Made by a program: the position numbers and the translations under genes
The notes under the pieces: generated by a model
What the model saw: the letters and a program-made list of their open reading frames with translations, nothing else
What the model was told of the DNA's origin: nothing
The model's database searches: none
Part shown: piece after piece, positions 1-13,800 of the stretch
Position numbering within the stretch: position 1 is the first letter of the stretch
Layout: each line of letters opens with the position of its first letter
Assembly (NCBI RefSeq): GCF_009914755.1
Contig: NC_060947.1
Reading direction: 5' to 3' (one strand)
Origin: the human T2T-CHM13v2.0 reference genome, Homo sapiens
Length of the DNA: 64,000 bases

Positions 1-37
1 AAGTGCTGGGATTACAGGTGTGAGCCACAGTGCCCGG
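1..37 (-). mobile_element. 5' end of an Alu SINE; the rest lies upstream of the window
   Basis: aagtgctgggattacaggtgtgagccacagtgcccgg is the reverse complement of the Alu start (G)CCGGGCGCGGTGGCTCACGCCTGTAATCCCAGCACTT with a few substitutions, mostly at CpGs. Confidence 0.93.
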
Positions 38-3000
38 ATGACCCCAGTCATTTTAATGATAGAGATTCCTGGACAACCCCCAGCAGTCTAATGATAGAGA
101 CACCTGAGCAATCTTAGGTATTCTGAGGGTAGAGACGTTTGGCTGACCCCAGGCATATTAAGGGGAGAGACTCTTGGCAAGCCCCAGGAATTCTAATGAT
201 AGAGACACTTGGGCCACCTCAGGTGCTCTAAGGTTAGAGACAACTGGCCAACCCCAAGCAATGTAATGGGAGAGAATCCTGGTCGACCCCAGGCATTCTA
301 ATAAGAGAGACTCCTGCTGGTCTTAGGCAATCCAATGATAGAGACACCTGGGGGACCTCAACATTCATAGAATAGAGACACTTGGCCGACCCCAAGCATT
401 ATAACAGTAAAAAGTCCTGGGTGACTCCAGGCATTCTAATGATAGAGGCTCCTGGCAAACCCCAGGCATTCTAATGACAGAAACACCTGAGAGATCTCAA
501 CCATTGTAAAAACAGAGACACCTGGCTGCCACAGGCATTTAAACGGGAGAGATTCCTGGCTGACCCAAAGCATTCTAACGATAGAGCCTCCTGGCCATCC
601 TCAGGCATTCTAATGACAGAGACACCTGGGTGTCCTCAGGCATTCTAAGGATATGACACCTGGCTGACCCCAGTCATTCTAACAGGGGAAACTACTGGTT
701 GACCCCAGGCATTTTAATAATAGAGACACTTGTTTGATCTCAGTCATCCTAAGAACAGAGACACCTAGACGACCACAGGCATTTTAACGAGAGAAACTCC
801 TGTCCGACCTCAGGCGTTCTAATGATAGAGGTTCCTGTCCGAACCCAGGCATTCTAATGATAAAGACTTTTGGACGACCCCAGGCATTCTAATTATAGAG
901 ACAACTATACGACCTCAGGCATTTTAAAGATAGAGACACCTGGCTGACCACAGGCATTCTAATGAGCGGAATTCCTGGCCAACGCCTCACATTTTAATGG
1001 TAGAGGCACCTGGGCCATATCACGCATTCTAACAGAAGAGAGTGCAGGCTGACCTCAGGCATTCTGTTGATAGAGACTCCTAGCCTATCCCAGGCATTCC
1101 AATAACAGACACCTGTGTGACCTCATTCATTTTAAGTATAGAGACACCTGGACAAACTCAGACATGCTAATGGAAGAGACTCCTGACCAATCCCAGGCAT
1201 TCTAATGATAGAGACTGGTGGCTGACCCTAGGCATTCTAATGATAGAGACACCTGGGTGACCTCAGGTACTCTAAGGATAGAGACACCTGGCCAACTCCA
1301 GGCATTTTAACAGGAAAGACTCCTGGTCAAACAGAAGCATTCTAATGGGAGAGATTCCTGCAGGAACCCAGGCTTTTTAAGGATAGAGATCCTGGACAAC
1401 CTCAGGCATTCTAATGATACAGACACCAGAGCAAACTCAGGCATTCTGAAGATAGAGACATTTGGCCAACCCCAGGCATTCTATCGAAAGAGACTCCTGG
1501 CTGAACCCAGGTATTATAATGGGAGAGATTCCATGCTGAGCACAGGCATTGTAGTGATAAAGTCTCCTAGCCTATCTCAGGCCTTCTAATGATAGAGACA
1601 CCTTCAGAACCTTAGGCCTTCTAAGGATATAGACACATGTCTGAACCCAAGCTTTCTAATGGTAGAGACAGCTGGCCGACCCAAGGCATTCAAATGATAG
1701 AAATTCCTGGCCAATCCCATGCCTTCTAATGATAAAGAAACCTGTGTGACCTCAGTCTCATTCCAAGGATAGAGACACCTGACAAACCCAGGCATTCTAA
1801 CCATAGAGACTTCTGACCAAACCCAGGCATTTTAGAGATAGATACCTTTGGCCAACCCTAGGCATTCTAATGATAGAGACAACTAGGTGATCTCAGGCAT
1901 TCTAATGATAGACACTCCTTGTCGACCCCAGGCATTCTAATGTTAGAGACACCTGGGGGAACCCAGGTATTCTAATGATAGACACACCTGACCAACCACA
2001 GGAATTCTAACAGGAGAGACTCCTGGCTGACCCCAGGCGTTCTTATGGAAGAGACACCTAGTCGACCCCAGGCATTCTAATGTGAGAGACTACTGCCGAC
2101 CCCAAGCATTCTAGTTACTGATTCACCTGGGCGACTTCAGACATTCTAAGGAAAGAGACAACAGGCCAACCCAAGGCATTCTAATGGGAGAGACTCTTGG
2201 CAGACACCAGGCTTATTAATGATAGAGAATCCAGACCTAACTCAGACATTCCAATGACAGAGAAATCTGTGCCACCTCAGGCATTTTACGGATAAACACA
2301 CCTGGCCGAGCACAGGAATTGTAATGGGAGAAACTCTTGGCTGACCTCAGGCATTCTAATCTAGAGAATCCTGGCCTACCCCATTAATTCTAACGTTAGA
2401 GAAACCTCTGTGACCTCAGACATTCTAAGAATACAGACACGTGGCCAACCGCAGGCGTTCTAATGGGAGAGACTACTTGTGGACTGCAGGCATTCGAATG
2501 ATAGAGACTCCTGGCCAACCCAAGGCTTTCTAGTGAGAGAGACACCTGGGCGGCCTCACCATTCTAAGGATAGAGACACCTGGCCGATCACAGGCATTCT
2601 AATAGGAGAGACTACTTGCGGACCGCAGGCATTCTGATGATAGAGACTCCTGGCTGACACAAGGCTTTCTAGTGAAAGACGCACCTGGGCAGCCTCACCA
2701 TTCTAAGGATAGAGACACCTGGCTGATCTCAGGCATTCTAATGGGAGAGACTCCTGGCCGACCTCAGGCTTCCTAATGATAGGGACTCCTGTGGGACATC
2801 AGGCATTCTAAGGATAGAAACACTGGCTGACCCCAGACATGTTAATGGAAAAGAGAAAAAGATTCCTAACCAAACTCGAACTCAGGCATTCTGATGATAA
2901 AGACACCTGGGCAACCTCAGGCAATCTAAGAGTAGAGACAGCAGGCCTACCCCAGGCATTCTAATGGGAGAGATGGCTGGCCAACCCCAGGCATTCTAAT

Positions 3001-4522
3001 GATAGAGACTGCTGGCCTACCCCAGGCTCTCTAATGATAGAGAAACCTGTGGGACCTCAGGCATTCTAACGGTAGAGACTCCTGCCATACCCTAGGCATT
3101 CTAATGATAAAGACACTTGTGTGATTTAAGGCATTCTAAAGATAAAGACACCTGGCTGAGCCCAGGCATTCTAACAGAAGAGACTCCTGGTCAACACCAC
3201 GTGTTCTAAGGAGAGAGACTCCTGACTGACCCCAAGCGTTCTAATGGTAGAGACACCTAGGCGACCTCACCATTCTAAGAATAGAGACACCTGGCCAACC
3301 CCATGCGTTCTAATGGGAGAGACTCTGGGACAACCCCAGGCATTCTAATGATACAGACTGCTGGCCTAGCTTAGTCATTCTAATGACAGAGGCACCTGTG
3401 GGAACTTGGGAATTTTTAGGATAGAAGCACATGGCTGAACCAAGGAAATCTATGCATAGAGAAACCTGGCCAACCTTAAGCATTCTATTGGGAGACACTC
3501 TTGGCTGACCTCAGGCATTATAATGATAGAGACTCCTGGCTGACCCTAGGTATTCTAATGATAAAGACACCTGCACAACCTCAGCCATTCTAAGGATAGG
3601 AACACATGGCCGACCACAGGGATTTTAATGGGAAAGACTTCTTGCTGATCCCACTCCTTCCAAGGATAGAGACTTTTGATTGCCCCAGGCATTCTAATGA
3701 TAAGGACACCAGTGTGGCCTAAGACATTCTAAGGATAGAGACACCTGGCCAACTTCAGTCTTTCTAATGGGAGAGAATCCTGGCCAACCACAGGCATTCA
3801 AACGGGAGAGATTCCTGGCTGACCTAGGTTTTCTAAAGATAGAGACTCCTGGCCAAATCCAGGCATTTCAGTGATACAGCCTTCCGGCCTCCCGCAGGCA
3901 TTCTAATGACACAGACACCTAGGCAACCCAGGCATTCTTATAGAGACACCTGGCCTACCCCAGACATTCTAACAAGAGAGACTCCTGGACGAACTCAGGA
4001 ATTCTAACGGGAGATAATACAAGGCAAATCATGCATTCTAATGATAGTGAAACCTGTACGACCACAGGCATTTTAAAGATAAAGACACCTGTCTGATCCC
4101 AGGCATTCTGACAGGAGAGACTCCTGGCTGACCGCAGGCATAATAATGATAGAGACACCACAAAAACGTAAGGCATTTTAAGGTTGAAGACACCTTGCCA
4201 ACTACAGGCATTCTAACGAGGCAGATTTTGACTGACCCCAGGCATTCAAAGAAGAGAAACCTGGTCAACCACAGACATTCCAATGAGAGATACTCCATGC
4301 CATCTCAAGGCATTCCAATGATGGAGAGTTCTTGCAGACTTCAGGCATTCTAATGATAGAGACACCTGGGCGACCTCAGGCAATCTAGTGTTAGAGACAT
4401 ATGGCCAACCCCAGACATTCAAATGGGAGAGAGTTTTGGCCAACCTCAGGCATTCTAATGATAGACATTCCTTGCCTACCCCAGGCATTTTAATGATAGG
4501 GATACCTAAGAAATTGCAGGCA
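38..4522 (+). repeat. 35-bp tandem satellite (HSAT4-like), segment 1
   Basis: Continuous diverged repeats of GACCCCAGGCATTCTAATGATAGAGACTCCTGGCC (35 nt). The HSAT4 name rests on recalled unit length and its association with gamma and alpha satellite. Confidence 0.9.
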
Positions 4523-4843
<321 letters not shown>

Positions 4844-7800
4844 AAACTCAGGCATTATAATGATAGAGACTCCTGGCTGACCCCAGGTATTCTAATGTAA
4901 AGACACCTGCACAACCTCAGTCATTCTAAGGATAGCGACACATGGCCGACCACAGGGATTTTAATGGGAAAGACTTCTTGCTGACCCTACTCCTTCCAAG
5001 GATAGAGACCTGGTTAACCCCAGGTATTCTAACTATCAAAACTACTGGCTGACCACAGGCATTCTAACAGGAGAGACTCCTGGCTGACCCGAGGCACTCT
5101 AATGGCAGAGACACTTGGGTGACATCAGACGTTCTAACAATAGAGACACCAGGCTGACCCCAGGCATTCTAACAAGAGAGACTCCTGGTTGAACCTAGGC
5201 ATTCAAATGATAGAGACGCCTTGCTTACCCCAGGCATTCTAATGATAGAGACTCCTGTGTGACCAAAGGCATTTTAATAATAGAGACACCTGGCAGACCC
5301 CAGGCATTCTAACGAAAAAGAATTCTGTTCAAAACCAGGCATTATAATGAGAGAGATTCCAGGCATTCTATCAAAGAGACTCCTGGCCAGACCCATGCAT
5401 TCTAATGCTAGAGACCCCTAGCATACCCCAGGCATTCCAATGCTAGAGATATCTGTGAGACTTAAGGTATGCTAAGGATAGAGACACCTGACCAACCCCA
5501 AGGATTCCAACAGAAGACACTCTTGGTTCACCCTAGGCATTCTAATTAGAGAGACTCCTGGCAAATCCCAAGCATTTTAATCATAGAGACACAATAGAGG
5601 CAACTGGCCTGCCCCAGGCATTCTAAGGTGAGAGACTTTTGGCTGACCTCAGGCATTCTAATGATAATGACTCCTGGCCTAGCCAAAGCATTCTAATAAT
5701 AGAGACACCTGTCAGACCTCAGACATTATTAGAATAAAAACACCTGGCCAATCCCAGACATTCTAACTGTGGACCCCTAGCATTCTAACTGTAGAGACCC
5801 CCTTCTGACCTCAGGCATTCTAATTATAGAGACTCCAAGCTGACCCAAGGCATTCTAATGTTAGAGACACCTGGTGGACATCAGGCATTCTAGTGATAGA
5901 GACTTCTGGCTCACCCGAGGCATTCTAATGATAGAGACACCTGCATGGCCTCAGACATTCTAAAGATAGCGAAGACTGGCCGAATCCAGGCACTTTAATG
6001 GAAAAGACTCCTTCACCACCACAGGCATTCCAATCATAGAGACTCCTGGTCTATCCCAGGCATTTTAGTGATAGAAAGACCTGTGTTATCTAAGGCATTT
6101 TGAGGATAGAAATACCTGGCTGACCCCAGGCATTCTAACAGAAGAGATTTTGTCCGACCACAGCCATTCTAACAAGAGAAACTCCTGGCCAACGCAGGCC
6201 TTCTAATGATAGAGACTCCTGGCCGACCCCAGGCATTCTAATGATTGAAACTCCTGCGTTACCTCAGTCACTTTGAGGATTGAGACACCACACCAACTTC
6301 AGGTATTCTAATGGGAGAGACTCCAGGCTGAACTCAGACATTCTAGTGATTGGGACTCCTTGCTTAACCTAGGAATTCTAATGATGGAGACACCTGTGTG
6401 ACCTCAGGCTTTCTAAGGGTAGAGACACCTGGCAGACCCCAGGCATTTTAATGGGAGAGACTCTTGTCCAACCCCAGGTATTATAATGGGAGAGATTCCT
6501 AGCTGACCCCAGGTATTCTAATAATAGAGACAACCGGCCGGCATTAGGCGTTTTAATGATAGAGACATTTGGACAAGCTCAGGCATTCTAACGGGAGAGA
6601 ATCTTGGCTGACTCCAGGCATTCTAACAAAAGAGACTGTGTTTGACCGAAGGCATTCTAATAAGAGAGATTCCTGTCTGAACCCAGGCATTCTAATGATA
6701 GAGATACCTGGGGGACCTCGGGAATTCTAAGTATAGAGACACTTGGCTGACTTTAGGCATTCTAATGGAAGAGATCCTGGCCGATCTGAGGCATTGTAAT
6801 GTAAGAGACTTCTGGACGCTCCCACACATTATTATGATAGAGACAACTGTTCAACTTCAGGCATTCAAAGGATAGAGCCACCTCACCAACCTCAGGCATT
6901 CTAAGAGAGACTCAAGGCCAATCTCAGGCATTCCAATTATAGAGACTACAGGCCGAATACAGAAGAACTGGGCGACCTCAGGCAATCTAGGGATAGAGAT
7001 GCCTGTCCGAACCCAGGTATTCTAATGGGAGAGACTCTTGGCCAACCCCTGGCATTCTATCGGGAGAGACTCCTGGTTCTCCTCAGCCACTCTAACGATA
7101 AAGACACCTGGGTGAATTCAGGCATTCTAAGGATAGAGAACCTGGCTGAACGAAGGCATTCTAAAAAGAGACTTTTGGCTGACACCAGACTTTCTAACTA
7201 TAGAGACTCCAGCCCTACTTCAGGCATTCCAATGATAGATACACCTGTGCGACCTCAGGCGTTCTAAAAATAGAGACACCTTGACGGCCCCAGGCATTGT
7301 AATGGGAGAGACTCCTGGCCCACCCCAGGCATTCTAATGAGAGAGTCTCCTGGCCTACTCCATTAATTTTAATAATAGATACACCTTTGAGACTTCAGTC
7401 ATTCTTAGGATAGAGACACCTGGCTGACCCCAGGATCCTAATGGGAAAGACATCTGGCTGACCTCAGGCATTTTAATGATAGAGACTCCTGGCTGACCCC
7501 AGGCATGCTAATGATAGAGACACCAGGTTGACCTCACCATTATAAGGATAGTAACATCTGGACAACCCCAGGCATTCTAATGGTAGAGACTCCTGGCGGA
7601 ACCCACGCTTCCTAATAATAGAGACTCCTGGCCTATCACAGGCATTCTAATGATAGACACCTGGGCAGTCTTGGGCATTCTAAAAATAGTGACAACTGGC
7701 CAACCCCAGTCATTCTAACAAGAGAGACTCCTGGCCTAGCCCAGGCATTCTAATAATAGAGACACCAGTGCAACCTCAGGCAATTTTAGGATAAAGACAC

Positions 7801-10800
7801 CTGGCCGACCCCAGGCATTCTAACAGGAGAGACTCCAGGCTGACCCCAGGCATTCTAATTGTAGAGTCTCCTTGCCTATTTTAGGCATTCTAATGAAAGA
7901 CACCTGTGCGACCTCAGTCATTCTAAGGATAGAGACACTGGGCCAACAACAGGATTCTAATGGGAGACATTCCTGCCTGACACCAGACATTCTAATAATA
8001 GAGACTCCTATCTGAACCAAGGCATTCTAATAATAGAGACACCTGGGTGACCCCAGGCATTCTAAGGATAATGACAACTGGCTTACCCCAGTCATTCCAG
8101 CCAAAGAGACTACTGGGTGACCCCAGACATTCTAAGGATAGTGACAACTGGCTTACCACAGTCATTCTAGCCAAAGAGACTACTGGCCGACATCAGGCAT
8201 TTGAATGATAGAGACACCTCTCCAACATCAGACAATCTAAGGATAGAGACACCCAGGTGACTCCAGCATTCTAACGGGAGAGACTCCTGGCTGAACTCAG
8301 GCAGTCTAATAATAGACTCCTGGCCTACCCCAGACATTTTAATGATAGAGACACCTTCATGACCTCAGGAATTCTAAGAATAGAGACACCTGGCAAACCC
8401 CATGTATTTTAATGGGAGAGACTCCTGGTTGACACCAGGCATTCTAATGATAGAGACTCCTGGCCTTGCCCAGGCATTCTAACGATAGACATACCTATGC
8501 GACCTCAGTCATTCTAAAGATAGAGACACCTGGCCGACCCCAGGCATTAAGATGAGAGAGACTCCTATCCTACCACAGGCACTCTAATAATACAGACACG
8601 TGGGCAACATCAGACATTTTAACAATAGTGATCTGGTCACTAATGTCTGGAGTCAACCCAAGGTATTCTAACGGAAGAGTCCTCTGGCCAAACACAGGAA
8701 TTCTAGAGATAGAGACACCTGTGTGTTCAAAGGCATCCTCTGGATAATGACAACTGGCCAACCCAGGCATTGTAATGAGTGATATTCCTGGTCAAACCCA
8801 GGCATTCTAATTAGAGAGATTCCTGACCGACCCCAGGTATTCTAATGTCAGAGACACCAGGGGGACATCAGGCATTGTAAGGATTGAGAGACCTGGCTGA
8901 TTCCAGAATTTTAATGGGAGAGACTCCTGGCCAAACCCATGCATTTTAATGACAGAGATGCCTGGCCAACCACAGGCATTCTAAGGACAGAGAAATCAAG
9001 GTGACCTCAGGCATTCTAAGGATAGAGACACCTGGCCAAACCCTGGCATTCTAAAGGGAAAGACTCTTGGTCATTCAAGGCATTCTATCAAGGCAGACTT
9101 CTGGCCAACTTGAAGCATTTTAACTAGAGAGACTCCTGGTTGATCCACTGCCTTCTAATGATAGAAACTCCTGGCCAACCCTAGGCATTCTAATGATAAA
9201 GACACCCAGGGGACCTCAGGCATTCTAGGGATAGAGACACTTGGCCAACCTCAGGCATTCTAAAGGAAGAGACTACTAATGGACCCAAGACATTTTAATC
9301 ATAGAGCTTCCCAGCTGACCCCAGGCATTCTAATAATAGAGAAAACTAGGCAACCTCAGGCATTCTATGAATAGAGACAGCTTGCCGGGCCCAGGCATTC
9401 TAACAAGAGAGACTCCTGGCCAACCTGAGGCATTTTAATAATATAGACTCCTGGCTGACCCGAGGCATTCTGATGATAGATTAATCTGTGTGATTTTAGT
9501 CATTCTAAAGATGGAGACACCAGGCCAACACCAGGCATTCTAATGGTAGAGACTTTTGGCCAACCCCAGGCATTCCAATGTTAGAGACACCAGGTCTACC
9601 CCAAGCATTCTAATGATAGAGACACCTGTGTGACCTCAAGCACACTAAGGATAGAGATATCTGGCTGACCTTAGGCATTCCAACAGGAGTGACTTCTGGC
9701 CAAACCCATGCATTCTAATGGAAGAGACACAAAGTCGAATGCAGGTAATCTAACAATAGAGTCTCCTGGATGACCAAAGGAATTCTAATGATAGACACAC
9801 CTGGGCGATCTCAGACATTCTAAAAATAGAGACAACTGGCCAACCTAAGACATTCTATCAGGAGAGACTCCTGGTAAACTCCAGGCATTATAACAGGAGA
9901 GATTATTGGTAAACCCTAGGCATTCTAATGAGAGATAATCCTGGCCGACCCTAGGCATTTTAATGAAAGAGAAACTTTGGGGACCTCAGGCATTCTAAGT
10001 GTAGAGACACTTCTCTCACCCCAGGCATTATAACAAGACACACTCCTGGCCGACTCAAGGCATTCTAATGGGAGAGACTCTTGGAAAACCCCAGGCATTC
10101 TAATAATAGAGGCATCAGAGTGACCTCAGGCGTTCTATGGATAGAGACACCTGGTTGACTTCAGGTATTCTAACAGCACCAAAAGTATGCTAATAATAGA
10201 GTCTTCTGTCCTACCCCAGGCATTCTAATGCTAGAAACACCTGTGGGACTTCAGGCATTCTAAGGATAAAGACACTTGGATGACCCAAGGCATTTTAACA
10301 GGAAAGTCTCCTGGCCGACCCCAGGCATTCCAACAAGAGGGACTCCTGGCCCTACCCAGGCATTGTAGAGATGGAGGCTCCTGGAAAAGACCAGGAATTC
10401 TAATGACAGAGACACCTGGGCGACCTCAGGCATTTAAAGGATAGACATACATGGCTGGCAATAGGCATTCTAATGAAAGATACTTCTGACCAACCCCAGA
10501 CATGCTGATGCCCTCAGGCATTCTAAGGATAGGGACACCTGGCATACCCCAGGCATTCTAATGAGAGAGACTCCTGGCCAACCCCAGGCATTGTAATGGT
10601 AGAGATTTTTGGATGACCCCAGGCATTCTAAAGATAGAGAAACATCTGTGACCTCAATCATTCTAAGGAGAGAGCCATCTGGCCCACCCCAGTCATTCAA
10701 ATAGGAGAGACTGCCTGGTAACCCCAGGCATTCTAATGATAGAGACTGCTATTCTGCCCTAGGCATTCTAATGATAGAGACACCTGGGTGACCTCAGACA

Positions 10801-13800
10801 TTTTAATGATAGAGAGACTTGGACGACCACAGGCATTGTAGTCGGAGAGACTTCTGGCTGACCCCAAGCATTCTAACAGGAGAGACTCCTGGCTGACCCA
10901 TAATACAGACTCCAGGCCTACCCCAGGCATTCCAATGATAGATAAACTTTTCTAACCTCAGTCATTCTAAGGATAGAGATACCTGGATGAACCCATTCAT
11001 TCTGAAGTAGGAGTTTCCTGGCCAGCCCCAGGCATTCTAATAAGAGAAAGTCCTAGCCTATCCCATTCATTCCAATGATAGAAAAACCTTTGTGACCTTA
11101 GGCATTCTAAAGCTATAGAAACCTGGCAAACTCCAGGCATTCTAATGTGAGAGACTCCTGACCAACCACAGGCATTCTAATGTTAGTCTCATGGCTGACC
11201 ACAGGCATTCTAAAGATAGAGTCACTTTGGTGACTTAAGGCATTCTAAGGATAAAGACACCTGGCCGACCCCAGGCATTCTAAAGGGAGAGACTTCTGGT
11301 CAACCACACCCATTCTAATTATAGAGACTCCTGGATGACCACAGACATTCTTATTATAGAGACACCTGGGTGACCTCAGGCCGCCTAAGAATGGAGACAC
11401 CTGGCCAACCCAATCATTCTAACGAGAGACACCTGGCCCACACCAGTCTTTCTTATGAAAAGACTCCAGGATTTCTCCAGGCATTATAATGATAGGCACA
11501 CCTTAGCACACTCAGCCATCCTAAGGATAGAGATACCTGGCGACCACAGGCATTCTAACAAGAGAAACTTCTGGCCAGCACCTAGCATTCTAATAATAAA
11601 GACCGCTGCCCTATCACTGGAATTCTAAGAATAGAGACATCTGTGAGAACTCAAGCAATTTAAGGATAGAGACACCTGGTGGATCCCAGGCATGCTAAGG
11701 GTAGAGACTCTTGGCAGACCTCAGGCATTCTAATGATAGAGACTCGTGGCACACCACTAGCATTCTATTGATGAAGACATCTGTGCGACCTCAGATATTT
11801 TGAGAATAAAGATATTTCTCCAAAGCCAGGCATTCTATCGGGAGAGAGTCCTGGCTGACCACAGGCATTCTAGTGATAGAGACTCCAGTCTGAACCCAGG
11901 CTTTCTAATGATGGAGACAACAGGGCGACCTCAGGCATTCTAAGGATAGAGGCACCTGGCCTACCCCAGGCATTTTAATGGGAGAGACTCCTGGCCGACC
12001 ACAGGTGTTCTAATGATAAAGACTTCTGCCTACCTCGGGCATTAAAATGTTAGAGACACCTGTGCAAATTCTGGAATTCTAAGGATAGAGACACCTGGCT
12101 TACCCAATACATGCTAACAGGAGAGACTCCTGGTTGACCTCAGGCATTCTAATGGGAGAGATTCCTGGCAGACCCACGGCATTCAAATGATGGGAACTTC
12201 TGGCCTCCCTTAGGCTTTCTAATTATAGGGACACCTGTGCAACATCAGGCATTCTCAGAATAAAGGTAACTGGCCAGCGCCAAACATTCTAATGGGTGAG
12301 ACTCCTGGCTGGCCTTAGGCATTCTAATGGTAAAGACTCCTGTCCAACCCAAGGCATTCTAATGATAGAGACACCTGGGCGAATTTATGCATTCTACAGA
12401 TAGGGATATCCATTCAAACCCAGGCATTCTAATGAGAGAGACACCTCGGAGACTTCAGGCATTTTAAGAATAGAAACACGTAGCTGACCCAGGCATTCCA
12501 ATGGGAGACACTCCTGTCCAACCACAGGCCATCTAATGATAGAGACTCCTGGCCGACCACAGGTCTTCTAATGATATAGACAAGTGACCCAGGCATTACA
12601 AGGAGAGACACACCAGGCCAATGCCAGGCATTTTAATGGGAGAGAATCCTGGCTGACCCAAGGCTTTCTAATGATACAGACTTCTGGCCAAACTCAGGCA
12701 TTCTATTGATAGAAACACCTGGATCACCTCAGGCATTCTAAAGATAGAGTCACCTGGCCAATCCCAGGCATTCTAATGGGAGAGATTCCTGGCTGACCAC
12801 AGGCACTCTAACAGGAGGGGCTCCTGGCCGACCCCAGGCATTCTAATGATATTGACACTTGGGCAACCTCAAGCATTTTAAGGATAGAGACACGTGGCTG
12901 AACGCAGACATTCTTATAGCGTCTCCTGACCAACTCCAGGCATTCTAATGAAAGAAAAAAACTGGGCCACTTCAGACATTCTAATGGTAGTGACACCTGC
13001 CTGACTTTAAGCGTTCTAACTGGAGAGACTCTTGTACGACCCCAGGCATTCTAAAAGGAGACTGCTGGCCAACCCCAGGCATTCTAATGATAGAGACCCC
13101 AGGACTACCTCAGGTCCTTTGTAGGATAAAGATACATGGGCAACCTGAGGCATTCTAACCTCATAGACTCCTGGCCAACCACAGGCAGTGTAATGATAAG
13201 GAATTCTGGCCAACCATAGGCATTCTAGTGATAGAGACACATGGGTTACCACAGGCATTCTAAGGATAAAGACTTCTGTCTGACCCCAGGCATTCTAACA
13301 AGAGAGACTCCCTGCAGAACTCAGGCATTCTAAAGATAGAGATTTCTGGACTACCCCAGGCATTCTAATAATAGAAGCAGCTGTGCAACCTCAAGCTATC
13401 TAAAAATAGAGACCCCTGGCCTATCCAAGGCATTCTAAGAAAAGGGACTCCTGGCCATCCCCAGGCATTCTGATAATAGAGACTGCTGGCCAAACACAGG
13501 CATTCTAAAAATAGAGACACCCGGCTGACCCCAAGCATTCTAATGGGAGAGATTTTTGGCTGAACCCAGGCATTCTAAAGATGGAGACTCTTGGCCCACC
13601 ACAAGCATTCTAATGTTAGAGACACCTGTGCAACCTCAGGTATTTTTAAGGATAAAGACACCTGGCTGACCCCAGGCATTCTAAGAGGAGAGACTCCTGG
13701 CCAAGCCAAGGCATTATCATTATAAAGACTCCTACATGACCCCAGGCATTCTAATGATAGAGACACATAGGCGACCTCAGACATTCTAAGGATAGAGACA

